A stretch of 64,000 nucleotides of DNA from positions 3,906,001 to 3,970,000 of the forward strand of contig JANJGN010000042.1 in NCBI GenBank assembly GCA_026770705.1, written 5' to 3'. Source of the DNA: Isurus oxyrinchus (Eukaryota). The first letter of the stretch is position 1. Each line of letters starts with the position of its first letter. A program made the position numbers and the translations under genes. Below the pieces are notes generated by a model. It had not been told where the DNA came from. It saw nothing but the letters and a program-made list of their open reading frames with translations, and did not search any database. Positions 1-13,383 of this stretch are shown here, piece after piece.

Positions 1-97
1 GATCAAATAAATATTCCCGTCGTGAGAGTGAAAGCTGAATACCAGGTTTCTGATTCTGAAGATGATGTTTTGGTTGACATTCATTTCTGCTTCACAG

Positions 98-403
98 TTT
101 CCGACTGCACCGATCCCGTAATTACTCTACAGCCACCGCCAATAGAACAGGTCTTACTAGAGGCGACAGTGACCTTAACCTGTATCGTGAGTAATGCCCC
201 TTATGGAGTCCTCGTGTCCTGGACACAAGAACAGAAGCCTTTGAAATCAGAGATTGCTGTCCAGCCGGGAGAGGATCCTAACAGCGTGGTAAGCCACCTG
301 AACATCTCAACACAAGCCTGGCTGAGTGGGGCTGAGTTCTACTGCGTGGTGAGCCATCAGGATCTGCCGACTCCTTTAAGAAATTCCATCCACAAGGAAA
401 AAC
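98..403 (+). CDS. IGHM: Immunoglobulin mu heavy chain constant exon CH3 (gene continues upstream of window)
   Basis: C1-set Ig domain ([18 protein letters not shown]...[19 protein letters not shown]) closely matching recalled Heterodontus IgM CH3. Acceptor ttcacag/ at 97, donor /gtgagt at 404, phase 1-1. Confidence 0.93.
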
Positions 404-892
404 GTGAGTGGTGAGAATGAATCAATAAGTGAGCCAGTGTGCAAATTCCCAGTGTAAGTTTAAAAAACAATAATTAATGTACATTGCATTAATGAGCTAG
501 TTTGATTGGTAATTTCATTAACTATAACCCCTGGGCCCGTAAATTATGCATTTAAGCAGTAAATTCATAAGTAGGCGAATGAACAGTACTCCAAGGTGTG
601 ATGATATAAGGTGGGAGGAGCCTGGTGTGGAGTTCAGACGCCAGCACAGAGCTGTTCGGCCGAATGGCCTGTTACTGTTACTGATGAAACTTTCCAGTCC
701 AATCCCGCATATTCTCAGAGCGAATGATTGCATCCACATCTGCTCCGATCTAGAAAGCCGGTCAGACCGCAAAGTGGAAAATGGAGATCTTGAAAAGTCA
801 AAACAAAACACATTTCTCTCACATCTAACCACTGGTGTCATTGTCCCTGGAATTATCCAGTTTTTTTGACATTTATTGTAAATTTTTTGCAG

Positions 893-1284
893 CTAAATAT
901 CCGCGGGAACCGTCCGTCTCTGTCCTCCTGCCCCCGGCTGAAGATGTCTCCGCTCAGAGATTCATCTCCCTCAGCTGCTTAGTGAGAGGTTTCTCCCCCC
1001 GAGAGATCTTCGTCAAGTGGACCGTCAATGACAAGCCGGTGAATCCGGGGAACTACAAGAACACCGAGGTGATGGCGGAGAACGGCAATAACTCCTTCTT
1101 CATGTACAGCCTGTTATCCATTGCAGCGGAGGAGTGGGCCAGCGGCGCTTCTTACTCCTGTGTGGTGGGACATGAAGCCATTCCCTTGAAGATCATCAAC
1201 AGAACGGTTGATAAATCCAGCGGTAAACCGAGTTTTGTGAACATTTCCCTTGCACTGATGGACACCGTTAATTCATGTCAATGA
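893..1284 (+). CDS. IGHM: IgM CH4 exon plus secretory tailpiece (…[20 protein letters not shown])
   Basis: Acceptor ttttttgcag/ at 892. C1 domain ([17 protein letters not shown]…[11 protein letters not shown]). Tailpiece has NIS glycosylation site and penultimate Cys. Internal donor G/GTAAAC at 1222/1223 for the membrane form. Confidence 0.95.
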
Positions 1285-1320
1285 GAATCTATTACGTACA
1301 TTTCATACTCTCGTAGAAAT

Positions 1321-1326
1321 AATAAA
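1321..1326 (+). terminator. Polyadenylation signal, secretory IgM mRNA
   Basis: AATAAA 36 nt after the secretory stop, followed by a T/GT-rich tract at ~1370-1410. Confidence 0.8.
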
Positions 1327-2280
1327 GTATATTCCTCCAATTGTGAATTAAATACACAGCCACTTAATTAATTGTGTTTTCTAGTTTTGCTAATGTTAGG
1401 CCTGTTTAGTTGACGTTGGGAATTTACAGGTCTCAGACCCGAGTCTTGTGCAGTCAGTGCCCCCAGCTCAGATACACCCTGGGTTAGAGACAGAATAAAG
1501 CTCATTTCATTACAGAATTTCGTAAAGTTACGTCACCAACTTGCCCCTCGCTGAGGTGAATTCTGACCATTTCCCATTTCCCACAAGCACACACAGCAGC
1601 AGCATTTAGATCCCATTGTTCCTGCTGCACTTTTCGTCCATCCATTCAAATTTCTACCAGCTGGAAGTTGCCGCATCGCACCCACTGGGAACTGAAGTGA
1701 GGGTCACACGGGAAGGCGAAATGTATCTCCACTTAGCCAACATAGAAAGGAGGGAGGGCATTAGTTAACGCAATGTACCTGCACATCCCCAACAGAGACA
1801 ACCAGAGAGGAAATTGTTTATCCAATGGAGGGAGTAGAGAGCGGAACATTAACTCACTAACCTCCCAGTCCCAGAGCAGAGGATATAGAATTGAACAGCT
1901 GTCTATGATATGGGTTAAAATACAAGACGGCTTCTAGCTTCCTGCTCTCGGATTGTAATCTTCAATCATGGCAAACATAGTGCAGCATGATGTTTGGAAA
2001 TGATTTTCAATCTCTTGTTCTTGTAAATCACAAGTTGCTGATGATTTTTCATAATCCAAAACTGGAACTGCTGATTCCATCCTTCCTGTTCTTCCGATTC
2101 TGTTTCTAATGTTTCTAGGGTACCACTGTTTAATTGTTGCATTCTATGGTTTGATGTCACATTGAACCCCAAAGAATACACATTCATACACAGAATGGCG
2201 AATAGTGTTCTCCATCGATCATTCCTTCATGGTCAGGCCACGCTATTGATGTTCAGTGATACGTGGAACAATAATAAAAA

Positions 2281-2403
2281 AACACACACACTGACACAAG
2301 CTCATAAATATGCACATGCACAAACACACATACACACACACACACACACGCACACACACACACACAGAGGAAAAGCCACACTCACACATGCCCTGGCACA
2401 AGA

Positions 2404-2439
<36 letters not shown>

Positions 2440-2671
2440 ACACACACACAGAATCACACGCACACACAGAATCACGCACAAACACACACACATACTCACA
2501 CACACACTACAGAAACAATGCAAACACACTATTGTGTAACAATACACACACAAACAAACATACACACACACACACTGATTCACACACCCGCAAACATACA
2601 TACATAAACAAGCACACACATCCACACACAAATGCACACATGCACACATACATGCACACACACACACAAAG

Positions 2672-2728
<57 letters not shown>

Positions 2729-3293
2729 AAGACAGACAAACACACACCCTGGCACAAGATCACAAACACACAGAGACTCTCTCACACACACACACACACC
2801 TACATACACACATATACACATACAGACAAATACAGGCTCACACACGCCCTGACACAAGTTCACACACAGACACAGACACACAACAAAGGCACACATGCAA
2901 ACTGACACCAGATCTCTCTCTTTCTCTCTCTCACAGACAACACACACAGTGACAGAGAGACACAAACACGCACACACAACCAGTGAGAGGAAAATGTACA
3001 NNNNNNNNNNNNNNNNNNNNNNNNNNNNNNNNNNNNNNNNNNNNNNNNNNNNNNNNNNNNNNNNNNNNNNNNNNNNNNNNNNNNNNNNNNNNNNNNNNNN
3101 NNNNNNNNNNNNNNNNNNNNNNNNNNNNNNACACCCTGGCAAAAGATTACACACAGACTCACACACACATACAACAAAAGCACACACACAATCTGACACC
3201 AGATCTCTCTCTCCCTCTCTCACAGAAAACCACACACAGACACATACACATGCACTGAAACTAAATTCCATGCACACACGTACACAAAGGCAG

Positions 3294-3344
<51 letters not shown>

Positions 3345-3593
3345 CACTGGATCATACTCACATGCTCGAACAAATCAACACAGACATACGCACATGCAGA
3401 CAAAAACACGCAGACAGACTGACACACACACACATGCACGCAGAGACACACACACGCACACACAGACACACACACACAAACATACATAAACAACCGAACA
3501 CATCCACACACACACAAACAAACACAAACATACATAAACAAGCACACAGATCCATACACCCACACACACATATACACTCACACATACACACAT

Positions 3594-3651
<58 letters not shown>

Positions 3652-3810
3652 ACACACACAGACAGGCACACACATGCACTGGATAATGCTCACATGCTCG
3701 AACAAATAAACACAGGCAGACACACACACATGCACACAAACATACATAAATAAGCAAACACATCCACACACACAAACAAACACCAACATATATAAACAAG
3801 CACACAGATT

Positions 3811-3841
<31 letters not shown>

Positions 3842-4001
3842 ACACACGCACACACACAAACACACACACACCACTGGATAATGCACACATGCCCGAACAC
3901 AAAAAAACAGGCTGACATACACACAGTGAGAGAAAAGCACACAGACAGGCACAGATGCACATACAAACGCACACACACATACATAAACAAGCACACACAT
4001 C

Positions 4002-4038
<37 letters not shown>

Positions 4039-4206
4039 GTAAACAAGCACACACATCCACACACACACGCACACACAGACATACACAGGCATTGACACAG
4101 ACATGCACACACAGGCACTTACAGACACACAAACACATGCATATACGAGCACACATGCAGTTATACACAGACATACACACATTCGGGCATGCATACAGGC
4201 AGACAG

Positions 4207-4250
<44 letters not shown>

Positions 4251-4555
4251 CGACACACAACACGCACACACACACCCACTGGATCATGCACACTTGCCAG
4301 AACACATAATTACACACTGACATTGACACAGACAGACAAAAGCACACAGCCAGACACAGAGGCATCACAAACACACACACAAACACACAAGAGCACACAC
4401 ATAAACATACATGAACAAACACACACACACACAAACCCACACACACACACATACACAACCACACACACCCCACTGGATCATGCGCACATATCCAAGCACA
4501 TAAACAGAGACTGACATAGACCCAGACACACAAAAGCACACAGACAGACACAGAG

Positions 4556-4610
<55 letters not shown>

Positions 4611-4664
4611 CATACGTAAACAAGCACACACATCAACATACAAACACACACACATATACACACA

Positions 4665-4721
<57 letters not shown>

Positions 4722-6170
4722 TCACACAGGCATATACAAAAACCCACATGCATGTATGCACAAAAACTCACACAAACACATGGACGCATACACACATATA
4801 AAAAATGAGTCACACAATCAACACACAGAAACACACATGTAAATGCACACCTCCACACACTGATAAAAATACACAAACAAATACACAGGCAGGCAGAAGA
4901 TCACACACACACATACACAGGCATGCACAGGCACACAGAAACACTCACACACACAGGTTCATACATAGGCACGGGGAAAGAGGCACATGTATGCAAACAG
5001 ATGCAAGCATGCATACGCATATAGACAGGCACACACACACACGCACACGCACACGCACACACACATACACATACAAGCACAAGTATGCATATACACACAA
5101 ACCGACACACACACACATATACATAGAGTCACACACACAAATGCACATGAAAACACAGACCCATGCAATGATAAACATGCACAGGCATAAACACACAAAC
5201 AAACCCACACACACATACACACATTCACAAGAGCACACATATACATAGAAAATGTGTAGACATGCAAACTCAAAGTAACAGACCACACATATGCATAGAT
5301 GCAACCTCATACTCAGAAATATACACTCATTCTCGACAAACAGACACACACTCACACACAGACACACGCGCACACACGCAGGCACGTAAAAATGCAGATA
5401 CTCTCTCACACACATGCACTCACAGTCACACACATGCAAACGTGTGTGCGCAAACACACACAAACACACATGCATGGATACACACAACAGCCACAATTAC
5501 AGATACACACAGCCCCATAAGCAGACTCAGACCGGACATATAAGCATATACATGAACGTGTTCATTACTATGCTTCAACGAGCACAACAATATAGATATA
5601 ACGGCACACTACCATATACAATAGTGCACATGCATAGGCATTTCTACACACACATTTAAAAATTGACACACGGACATACAGACAAATTGATGAACAGACA
5701 GTAATATTTTCACAAACATAGAACAAGAAACAACTATGAATACATTCACGCACTCACAATAAAAACATCCATTGACACATAGCTAGAAACATTCATGAAC
5801 ACATAAACGCACGCCTCAGCATACTCACACGCTCATGGGGGCACAATCATTAGCGCATCAAACATAGAACATAAAAAGGCACAATATCAGATATATTAAT
5901 AGGCATGACGTAAACAAACTCTTTAACACAGACATTAATAAGTGAACATAAACATCAACGCATATAGACACACTAACACACTGATACTTTCATTTACAAA
6001 TGAACAAACATACACACAAAGGCGGGCCACACATAAATAAGCATATCAACACTCATGCCACATGAACACACACATCAACGCTCATACAACAGGGCACACA
6101 AACACAGTTAAAGACAGAGCAAGAGATACTCGTGCACATATACGCAAATATTTAAAAAAACACAAAGGCA
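2281..6170. repeat. Large compound (CA)n microsatellite / low-complexity tract in the CH4-TM1 intron
   Basis: Long perfect CA runs interleaved with recurring motifs (cactggatcatgcacac, ccctggcacaagatcac, catacataaacaagcacac). Decays toward ~6.2 kb. Confidence 0.95.
3001..3130. other. Assembly gap (130 N)
   Basis: Run of n characters. Confidence 1.
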
Positions 6171-6764
6171 AACGCCAGGCTAAAAACGAAAGTATATTTT
6201 AAATCTTTTTTTTTAACGGACACATCTTCCAAAAATTGCTGGGAGCACATAAAGACCCAGGAGACAGGCTGAAGCAATGTTCTCAATCAAAAACTGACTT
6301 ACGTTAATTATGTGCCGAACATTACCACCACAAATAAACAAACAAGATCAAAATTCACAAAAGGTATCTAACAGAGTTCAGAGTCTTGGAATTAATAGCT
6401 ATCAGTACTTATCATTAAAATAATTGCTATTAATTAAGAAACCTTCTGCAATTTCCATCATAATATAATCCAGTGATATGTCGCACTAAGTTCATCCAAA
6501 ATGAATGGGTATCGAAGGAAAAAAACACGTTTTCCAATAGGGGCAGGATGAGAAATGTAAAGTGAGAGCAGCTGTGGAGTTAGCAACAGACAGAGATTGT
6601 TGAGAGTCACTTATTCATTAATAGATATGCATTGAAAACTAAATTACTGAACAGATCAAAAGCTTGAGAAAGATACAATCGAATTAATATATATTAAAAA
6701 AAATCAGTAAGACACCCTCAATTAATAAGAATGTAATTAAAATTCCTCGGTTATATCCCTGTAG

Positions 6765-6892
6765 ATTCCACAGACCGCATCTGGATTGAAGACAATGAGG
6801 ACGATAACGGGAACATCTGGACAACCGCTTCCACATTCATTGTCCTGTTCTTCCTGAGCATTTTCTACAGCACTGCCGTCACTCTGGTGAAG
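6765..6892 (+). CDS. IGHM: IgM transmembrane exon TM1 (DSTDRIWIEDNEDDNGNIWTTASTFIVLFFLSIFYSTAVTLVK)
   Basis: Missed by the ORF track. Acceptor ccctgtag/ at 6764, donor /gtgaga at 6893. Phase matches the 1222 donor. Conserved antigen-receptor TM motif (W-TT-STF--LF-LS-FYS--VT). Confidence 0.95.
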
Positions 6893-7032
6893 GTGAGAAG
6901 ATTCAATCCACTAACACTACAATCTGACAGAAGCGGTTTGAAAACTTTCTAAATATTTGAACAATTAAAAACTATAACATAAATGCACCAGATCATTAAC
7001 ATCTGCTTCATTATTTTCTCCCTCTTTTACAG

Positions 7033-7041
7033 ATTAAGTGA
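7033..7041 (+). CDS. IGHM: IgM TM2 exon coding part (I-K-stop), followed by 3' UTR
   Basis: Polypyrimidine acceptor cctcttttacag/ then ATT AAG TGA. Expected two-codon TM2 of IgM. Confidence 0.88.
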   Translation: MK

Positions 7042-7437
7042 TTGGTTGAATTTGGACGTCGTAGCTTTTCCTCAGCTGTTCATTAAGATCTCTGTATTCC
7101 AATTTAAGATATGTTCTCTTGGTGATCCCGAATCTGTAACTGAGCCTGTAACAGTATTTCCGTTTTCCTGTATGAAATGTGCGAGATGGTAATGGTTGTA
7201 ATGTAACTGTAGCATCTAATTTCCCTGGAATTAGGATTTCAATTGTAATTAAGTAACTTTTCTCATTCCTTATTCACTATTACCCCTTCCCTTTCCGTTG
7301 AGCCGCTGTTTTCTTTTGCTGATCTATGTTCCAGTGGTACATACAGTTTACCAACTCAGAGCGCATATGGACTCAGAGCGCATGTGTTCTGTTGCCAACG
7401 GGACTTCAGGAATTATATTCACTTCTGTTAACTTTAA

Positions 7438-7479
7438 AATAAACTTTCCTGTAAAATATTCTCTGAGATTGCTAATAAA
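7438..7479 (+). terminator. Polyadenylation signals, membrane IgM mRNA
   Basis: AATAAA at 7438-7443 and 7474-7479, ~400 nt after the TM2 stop. Confidence 0.7.
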
Positions 7480-8353
7480 TCTGGAATGAAAAGTGAACTA
7501 ACTGTGACTTTGCTGAAATTCCTTTCCCCAAGGCCCATCGACACCGCTGCATTTTCCCTGTTACACATTTCTCCCCGTTTTACCATTCCTGTCGGGGTTC
7601 TGTTTACACCCATTGCCCCATCCGTGTAAGGAGACCTTTACCTCTGCCTGTTTCTGGCTATTGCCCGAGGCGGAATGAATGAACAGGGAGGGTCACCTGG
7701 TGATTTCACTCTGGACGGTCACAGTCACATGTCTGGCAATTCCAAACTGCAGGTTCGGCTTCAAAGCAGGTTGACACACGGCAGGAAATTGGAGCATAAA
7801 ACGCCCTTTTCAATGCCCCATCCAACACTCCCACGGTTGGTGCAGCCAGGGTCAGAAACAGGGTAAAGATCCTTTGTCCGATTAAAGACTTTGAAGGTGG
7901 GGATGCCACAGGCTAGATATATGACACAGGCAGAATAAGGAGCACAAACCAAATGGGCGTTTCCAGGGGCGTGTCTGGCACTGATATATTATTAAGTACA
8001 ACTCCTGCAAATAATTACAGAGCTTTAGGTCTCTTGCACATACCTGGGGGGACAAAACTGCGAAAATGCCCAAAGACGGGGTTCAACGTTAAGCCGCAAG
8101 TAACCATAAACATGAGGCTTGTTCCCAGACCTTGGGGCCAATCGGATACTGGGACACTGGCTTCGCATTTTCTGTTAAATACACAAAAAGACATAGCCCG
8201 CATTACGCCCTGCCCCACCCCTTTCTGTTAAGCACATACACGGTGCTTATTCCAGTAAACACACACTGACTCTCCACTTCCACCTTTTCCGTTAAATCAA
8301 TTAACCCTGTCATTCTCCCATCTGCTTCGATAAAGAACTGTATTCCTGATCAG

Positions 8354-8471
8354 CTCCATCCCCTCTGATACCATCTCCCTGAACTCACTGAACATCACCC
8401 CAGGGATCCTCTCTCCCTGCTCCATTCCCTCTGATACCAATTTCCTGAACTCACTGAACATCACCCCAGGG
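8354..8471. repeat. Local direct duplication (~52 bp, 66 bp apart)
   Basis: ctccat(c/t)ccctctgatacca…ctgaactcactgaacatcaccccaggg occurs twice. Confidence 0.8.
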
Positions 8472-8519
8472 GTAAACACAGAAAGTGCTGGAAAGCTCGG
8501 CAGGTCTGATAGCATCTCC

Positions 8520-9020
8520 AGTTAACTCCACTTGCCTGGGTGAGCGCGGTTCCAACAACACACTAGAAGTTCGACACCATCCAGCACAAAGTCACTCAAT
8601 TGTTGACAGCTTATCTACCAGCTTCACCATTCACTCCCTCCACCACCGCTGCACAGTAGCAGCAGTGTGTGCCAATTACTAGATGCACTGCAGGAACTCA
8701 TCAAGGCTCCTTCGATAGCACCTTTCACACCCCGACATCTACCATCTAGAAAGACAAGGGCAACAGATACATGGGAACACCACCACCTGGAATTTCCTTC
8801 AAGGGCACTCACCATTTTGACTTGGAAATGTATCGCTGCTTCTTCACTGTCGCTGGGTCAAAATTATGGATCTCCCTTCCTAACAGCACTGTGTGTGTAC
8901 TTGCACTACATGGACTGTAGCGGTTCAAGAAGGCAGCTCACCATCACCTTCTCAAGGGCAATTAGGGATGGGCAGGGAAATGTTGGACTCACCAACGAAG
9001 CCCACGTCCCGGGAAATAAT
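8520..9020 (+). mobile_element. 3' fragment of non-LTR LINE (CR1/L2 group)
   Basis: Collinear with the 3' end of the RT-bearing copy at 38363-39692 and with 12410-12795. Confidence 0.8.
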
Positions 9021-9809
9021 AATAAATAATTTTCTAACTGATCATTGGGAACAGAAAAGCCGATTCTTGGAAACAAAATGGACAGCCTGATATCACTTTG
9101 TAAACAATGGAAAACAACCCAATAGCTATTAAGAAATAGTTGCAGTATTAAACTATCTGCAATTAAAATGCTGGAACACTTTGGGATTTAACATATTCAC
9201 TGAGGGCGGAGATGGGCTGAAGGTTATCACTGAAGTTAATGTAGGGGAATTATTCTTTATTCAGTTTTTTATTCAGAAAAGCGTTATTAGAAAATCGGAG
9301 ATTTAAAGGAATGGGCAATTTCCCAGAGACAGAGAGACAGAGGGAGAGAGAGAGAGTTCAATAATTTTTAGTGAGTTAGACTCTGTCTCAGGTAGAGAGA
9401 TGACAGACATTAAGTAAGTGTGCTGACAAACGCCCGTCTTAGCAAAGAAATGGTTAGTATCACATGAAATTCTAAACAAGAGCTCAACTAAATGTACTAC
9501 AAATAAATATTTACGATATTAGGTGATCTGTCTTTACAGATTGAATAAGAGAAAATAAAAAAAGCTGAAACATTCTGGTGAAGATAAATCTTTTATCTTT
9601 GCAGAATGATATAGCATGATTTCATTTAACACAGACACACACAAAAGATGATGACTCATATGTAATTCTGTTGGCTGTAATGAAAATTAATATGAGAAGC
9701 TGCACGGAACAACCAATCAATGGGAAACTTCTAGTTTTAGGCCAAAGTCAGAGGCCCATTTCTAACTCAACATCCACCTTATAGAGACATAGACAAGTGA
9801 ATTAACAAC

Positions 9810-11075
9810 AGAGACAGAGTTTGGTGTGGTAATTACTGAGACAGGGCCTAGTGCAATTTAAGCAAGGACATTACAAGTGCAGAAATAATCGAGACAGCAT
9901 CTAATGTTACTTAAGCAAAGACGTGACCGAGTGCACGAATAACAGGGATGGGGACAAGAGCTATATTAACATAGACAGGGTCTACTGCTATAATAGCGGA
10001 GACGGGAATACAGGGCCTGGATCAATATCAAGTGAAATAGGGCAGTTATTACAGGCACACGGCCTAGAGTAATTGCTTCCTAGAGAGAGTCTAAGTCGTA
10101 ATAATGGAGACTGCTGCCAGTGTAAGAGAGACAGGTATGATGTCGTGGAGTAAAATCAGGGAAAGGGAGAGTGGAATAGAAGCAGAGACAGAGGTACAAA
10201 GACAAAGCCTCTGCAGAGACAGGATCCATTTTAATTGAAAAGACAGACAAGGTCGTGTGTGATACAGGCTGATACAGAATCTAGTGTAACTTGTTCTGAC
10301 ATGGTCTAGTGGAATATAAATGCAGACATGATTGAGTGTGTTATAAGCAGGGCCACGATTAGTGGAACATAAGTGAGGCAGTGCAGTGTGTAGTAATAAT
10401 TGAGACAGGATCTTGTGTAATACGAACCTGCCTAGTGTAGCAATAACACAGACCAGATCCAGTATAAGAAAACTGATACACGGTCTAGTGGAGCTTCACA
10501 TAATCCAGCGCTCTTTGTAATATAATCTGACACAGTGTCTGGTGAATTAAATACCTGCAAAGGTACGAGATTAATAAAAACAGGGACATGCACTAGTACA
10601 GCAATAAGAGAGTAATGGTATAGGACAATAACAACAGAAACAGGGAATTGTGTGATATGAATGGAGGAATGTATTGGTGCAGCATTAACTGAGACAGGGT
10701 CCAGTTTGATAGACAGGTGGCAGGTTCTACTGGAGTAATAGCTGAGACAGAGTCTTGTTAAATGCAAATAAAAACATGTTCCAATTTTCTATAACCAGAG
10801 ACAAGCTCTAGTGCAGTGCCAACTGGGGCATGGCTTATTGTAACTTTAGCCGAGACCTGCTTCAGTGCAGTCATGACTGAGATAGTGCCAATTGTATTGT
10901 GGCCCTAGCCCAGTACATAAACAACTGTGACTGAGCCAATTACAGAAACAACTGATAGATGACCTTCTCTAAAATGATTAGAGACATGTCCTAGTGTAAT
11001 AGACATAGAAACGGCGTCTAATTTAATATGAACAGGGACAGTGGCAAATGCAGTAAAAATTGAGACAGCGCCTGC
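9810..11075. repeat. Highly degenerate 27-bp minisatellite (~45 units), copy 1
   Basis: GAGAC-like anchors at 9891, 9918, 9945, 9972, 9999. Consensus ~GAGACAGGGTCTAGTGTAATAATAACA. Confidence 0.75.
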
Positions 11076-11203
11076 TTCATGTGATGTGAGCAATCACATC
11101 ACTGCCACCCATTGGACAGACTTTGCTATTACAGGTGTTGCGAAAATGTCGATTACATTTACTGTTTCTGAGATCAATGGTTAAAATCCGAAATAATGGA
11201 AAA

Positions 11204-11285
11204 CGTAGTCGACAGGATTTGAACCTGCGCGGGGTAACCCCAATGGATTTCAAATCCATCGCCTTAACCACTCGGCCACGACTAC
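11204..11285 (-). tRNA. tRNA-Ser(TGA), probably intact
   Basis: 82 nt GTAGTCGTGGCCGAGTGGTTAAGGCGATGGATTTGAAATCCATTGGGG…GGTTCAAATCCTGTCGACTACG. Paired acceptor stem, A/B boxes, TTTT directly downstream. Confidence 0.85.
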
Positions 11286-12409
11286 AGACCTGGAGAGTAA
11301 AACATATATATTTCATATATGAAATCATAGAATAGTTGCAGCAGAGAAAAAGCGTCTTCTTCCCACCCTGTCACTGCAACAATCCAGCCTTTTCCCCATA
11401 ACCCTGCAATTCATACTGTCCCTCCTCGTTCTCCCTCCCAAACTGGGAATGAAAGAGAGAGAATGAAAGAGGAAGAGAAGTGACGGGTTTTGTAGATCCC
11501 AGGGAAAAGAGACTCCGGGAACAGTTCATGGTGACAGTTCACAAAGCAACAAGAAAACAACATTCCCTGAGGAGGGCCAGGAGTGGGAGCGTGTTTAGTT
11601 CAAACACAGAAGACTTGTTCAGCCAATAACAGCATCGGATCTGTTAGACATATACATGAAGTGAACAGTGAGGTGAAATAGTGCCACAAGCTGCGGATGT
11701 GCAACTTTCAATTTCCAAGCCCCACCATCCTCATCAGTGCTGCTCCTCTGAAACTTTCAAGGTCAATGTTGATCCTTTATATGGTGCCGTTCCCAGAACG
11801 AGACACAGTCCTCCAGGTGTGACCTAACCAGGGCTTTGTATAGCTGCAGCAAACCTTTCCCTCTTTCCTATAACAGCCTCTGTAACAGGTTGTATAGACA
11901 GAGAGATTAGATTGTATCGATCGAATAAGAAAAATAAGGAGATGCTTCATCGGACTAAAATTCCTTTTCAAATTCCATTTGAAATGAACTTAATTTTTTT
12001 GAAAGCTGTATAAGAATCTCCAGCCTAACTCTTCATGTCACTGGGCCAGGGGAACTTTGTTAATTTTCACACACTGAGCATGGACACGGCAGAAGCTCCT
12101 GCACCTCTTTCAATATTGTTTTTCTTAACTCAGAGTTTTCGAAAGGGAATTGGATAATGACTTGAAAGGGAGAAAAACGATCAGGGTGATGGAGAAAGAG
12201 AAGGAAACTGCGACTAATTGGAAAGAACATTGTAAAAAGCTGATATTGATATGATGGTTTAAATGGTCTCCTCGCACACTCTGCCATTTTGTGATGACAT
12301 CACCAGATTAATTTGATGACAACATTTCTAAATGTGCCACGCGAATTCCATTTCTGTAAAACAAAGACGCAAAGTGCGGCTGCAGGACCTCACAGTTTAA
12401 CATAGTGTG

Positions 12410-12795
12410 CAGGTGCCTCTGGCTTTGTCAGGTATTGCTCTGTAGGGGAGTGGTTATCACATGTGCATGGAATCACCAAGCCTCCTTAGACAGAACCTTC
12501 CAATCCCACGACAATTACCATCTAGAAAAACAAGGGCAGCAGATCGATGGGAACACGACCACCTGGAATTTCTCCTGCAAGGCACTCACCCTTTTGACTT
12601 GGAAATATGTCACTGTTTCTTCACTGTTGCTGGGTCAAAATCCTGGAACTCCCTTCCTAACAGCACTCTGGGTGTACCTACACAACAGGGACTGCTGCGT
12701 TTCAAGAAGGCAGCTCAGCAGCACCTTCTGAAGGGACAATGGGATGGGCAATAAATGCTGGCCCAGCCAGCGAAACCCACATCCCGAGAATGAAT
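12410..12795 (+). mobile_element. 3' fragment of LINE, same family as 8520-9020
   Basis: Shared sequence gacttggaaatat…ctgggtcaaaatcctggaactcccttcctaacagcac…ggcaataaatgctggccc. Confidence 0.8.
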
Positions 12796-13311
12796 TACAA
12801 TCTGTCTGCAGAATTAATCATAAATCTTCTTCTCATCCGTGTCACTCAAAGTTATTTTAGTTGCAAACATTCACTAAATTTGGAGTCTGAAACGGAACAA
12901 TCATTGGCCAATTTGATGACACCGTTGTTTTCTGGGTCTTTGTCTCTCCTTAGGCCTCTGTCACTCTCGGTGTACATGACTGTGTGTGTTCCTCTCTGTG
13001 TGTCAATGTGATTCAGTCCCCTGAGGGGTTGCACACATTTTTTCCCATCACAAACGTTTTACACATTGGTTGTGCAGATTCACATTACAATGTAACAGAG
13101 AAAAGTATCAAGATAAAAGAGGAATTTGCAATGTTCTTGCATCCCATATCTTAACCTCTGCGTTTGCTTTGATGCACTGATGCCAGTCCCAGCTGTGGTG
13201 CCAAATCCCAGCTCCTGCTCCATTCATTCTGATAGAGATGATACACAGGATTTCTGCGTGTTTTATTACGGAGGGTCATCCCAGCACTTCGCCAAGGTTA
13301 TTAAATCACTG

Positions 13312-13383
13312 CTCCTTCATCAGGAATCGAACCCACGCCCTGACTATGAAAGCACAGAATAGTAGCTATTGGGCCACCAGGGA
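13312..13383 (-). pseudogene. Degenerate tRNA-Glu(TTC)
   Basis: TCCCTGGTGG…CTTTCA…GGGTTCGATTCCTG with many stem mismatches. Confidence 0.65.

Noticed and set aside
518-869. 107-aa ORFs on both strands in the CH3-CH4 intron
   Set aside because: Intronic, include a CR1 3'-end remnant (~620-680), and have no recognisable domain.
98-1284. IgNAR or IgW identity for the constant exons
   Set aside because: The domains and the tail [20 protein letters not shown] match recalled horned-shark IgM CH3/CH4. The IgNAR terminal domain as recalled ends differently (…GKPSSVNVSVVLSDTVKSC).
2162-5753. Many His/Thr-rich and Cys/Val-rich ORFs up to 423 aa
   Set aside because: Artefacts of translating (CA)n/(TG)n intronic sequence.
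2281-6170. Class-switch region
   Set aside because: It lies 3' of the C exons, lacks dense AGCT/G-cluster repeats, and no downstream C gene is present.
7560-8230. Unique-looking GC-richer stretch after the membrane poly(A) site
   Set aside because: No ORF, RNA gene or repeat family could be recognised, so there is nothing supportable to call.
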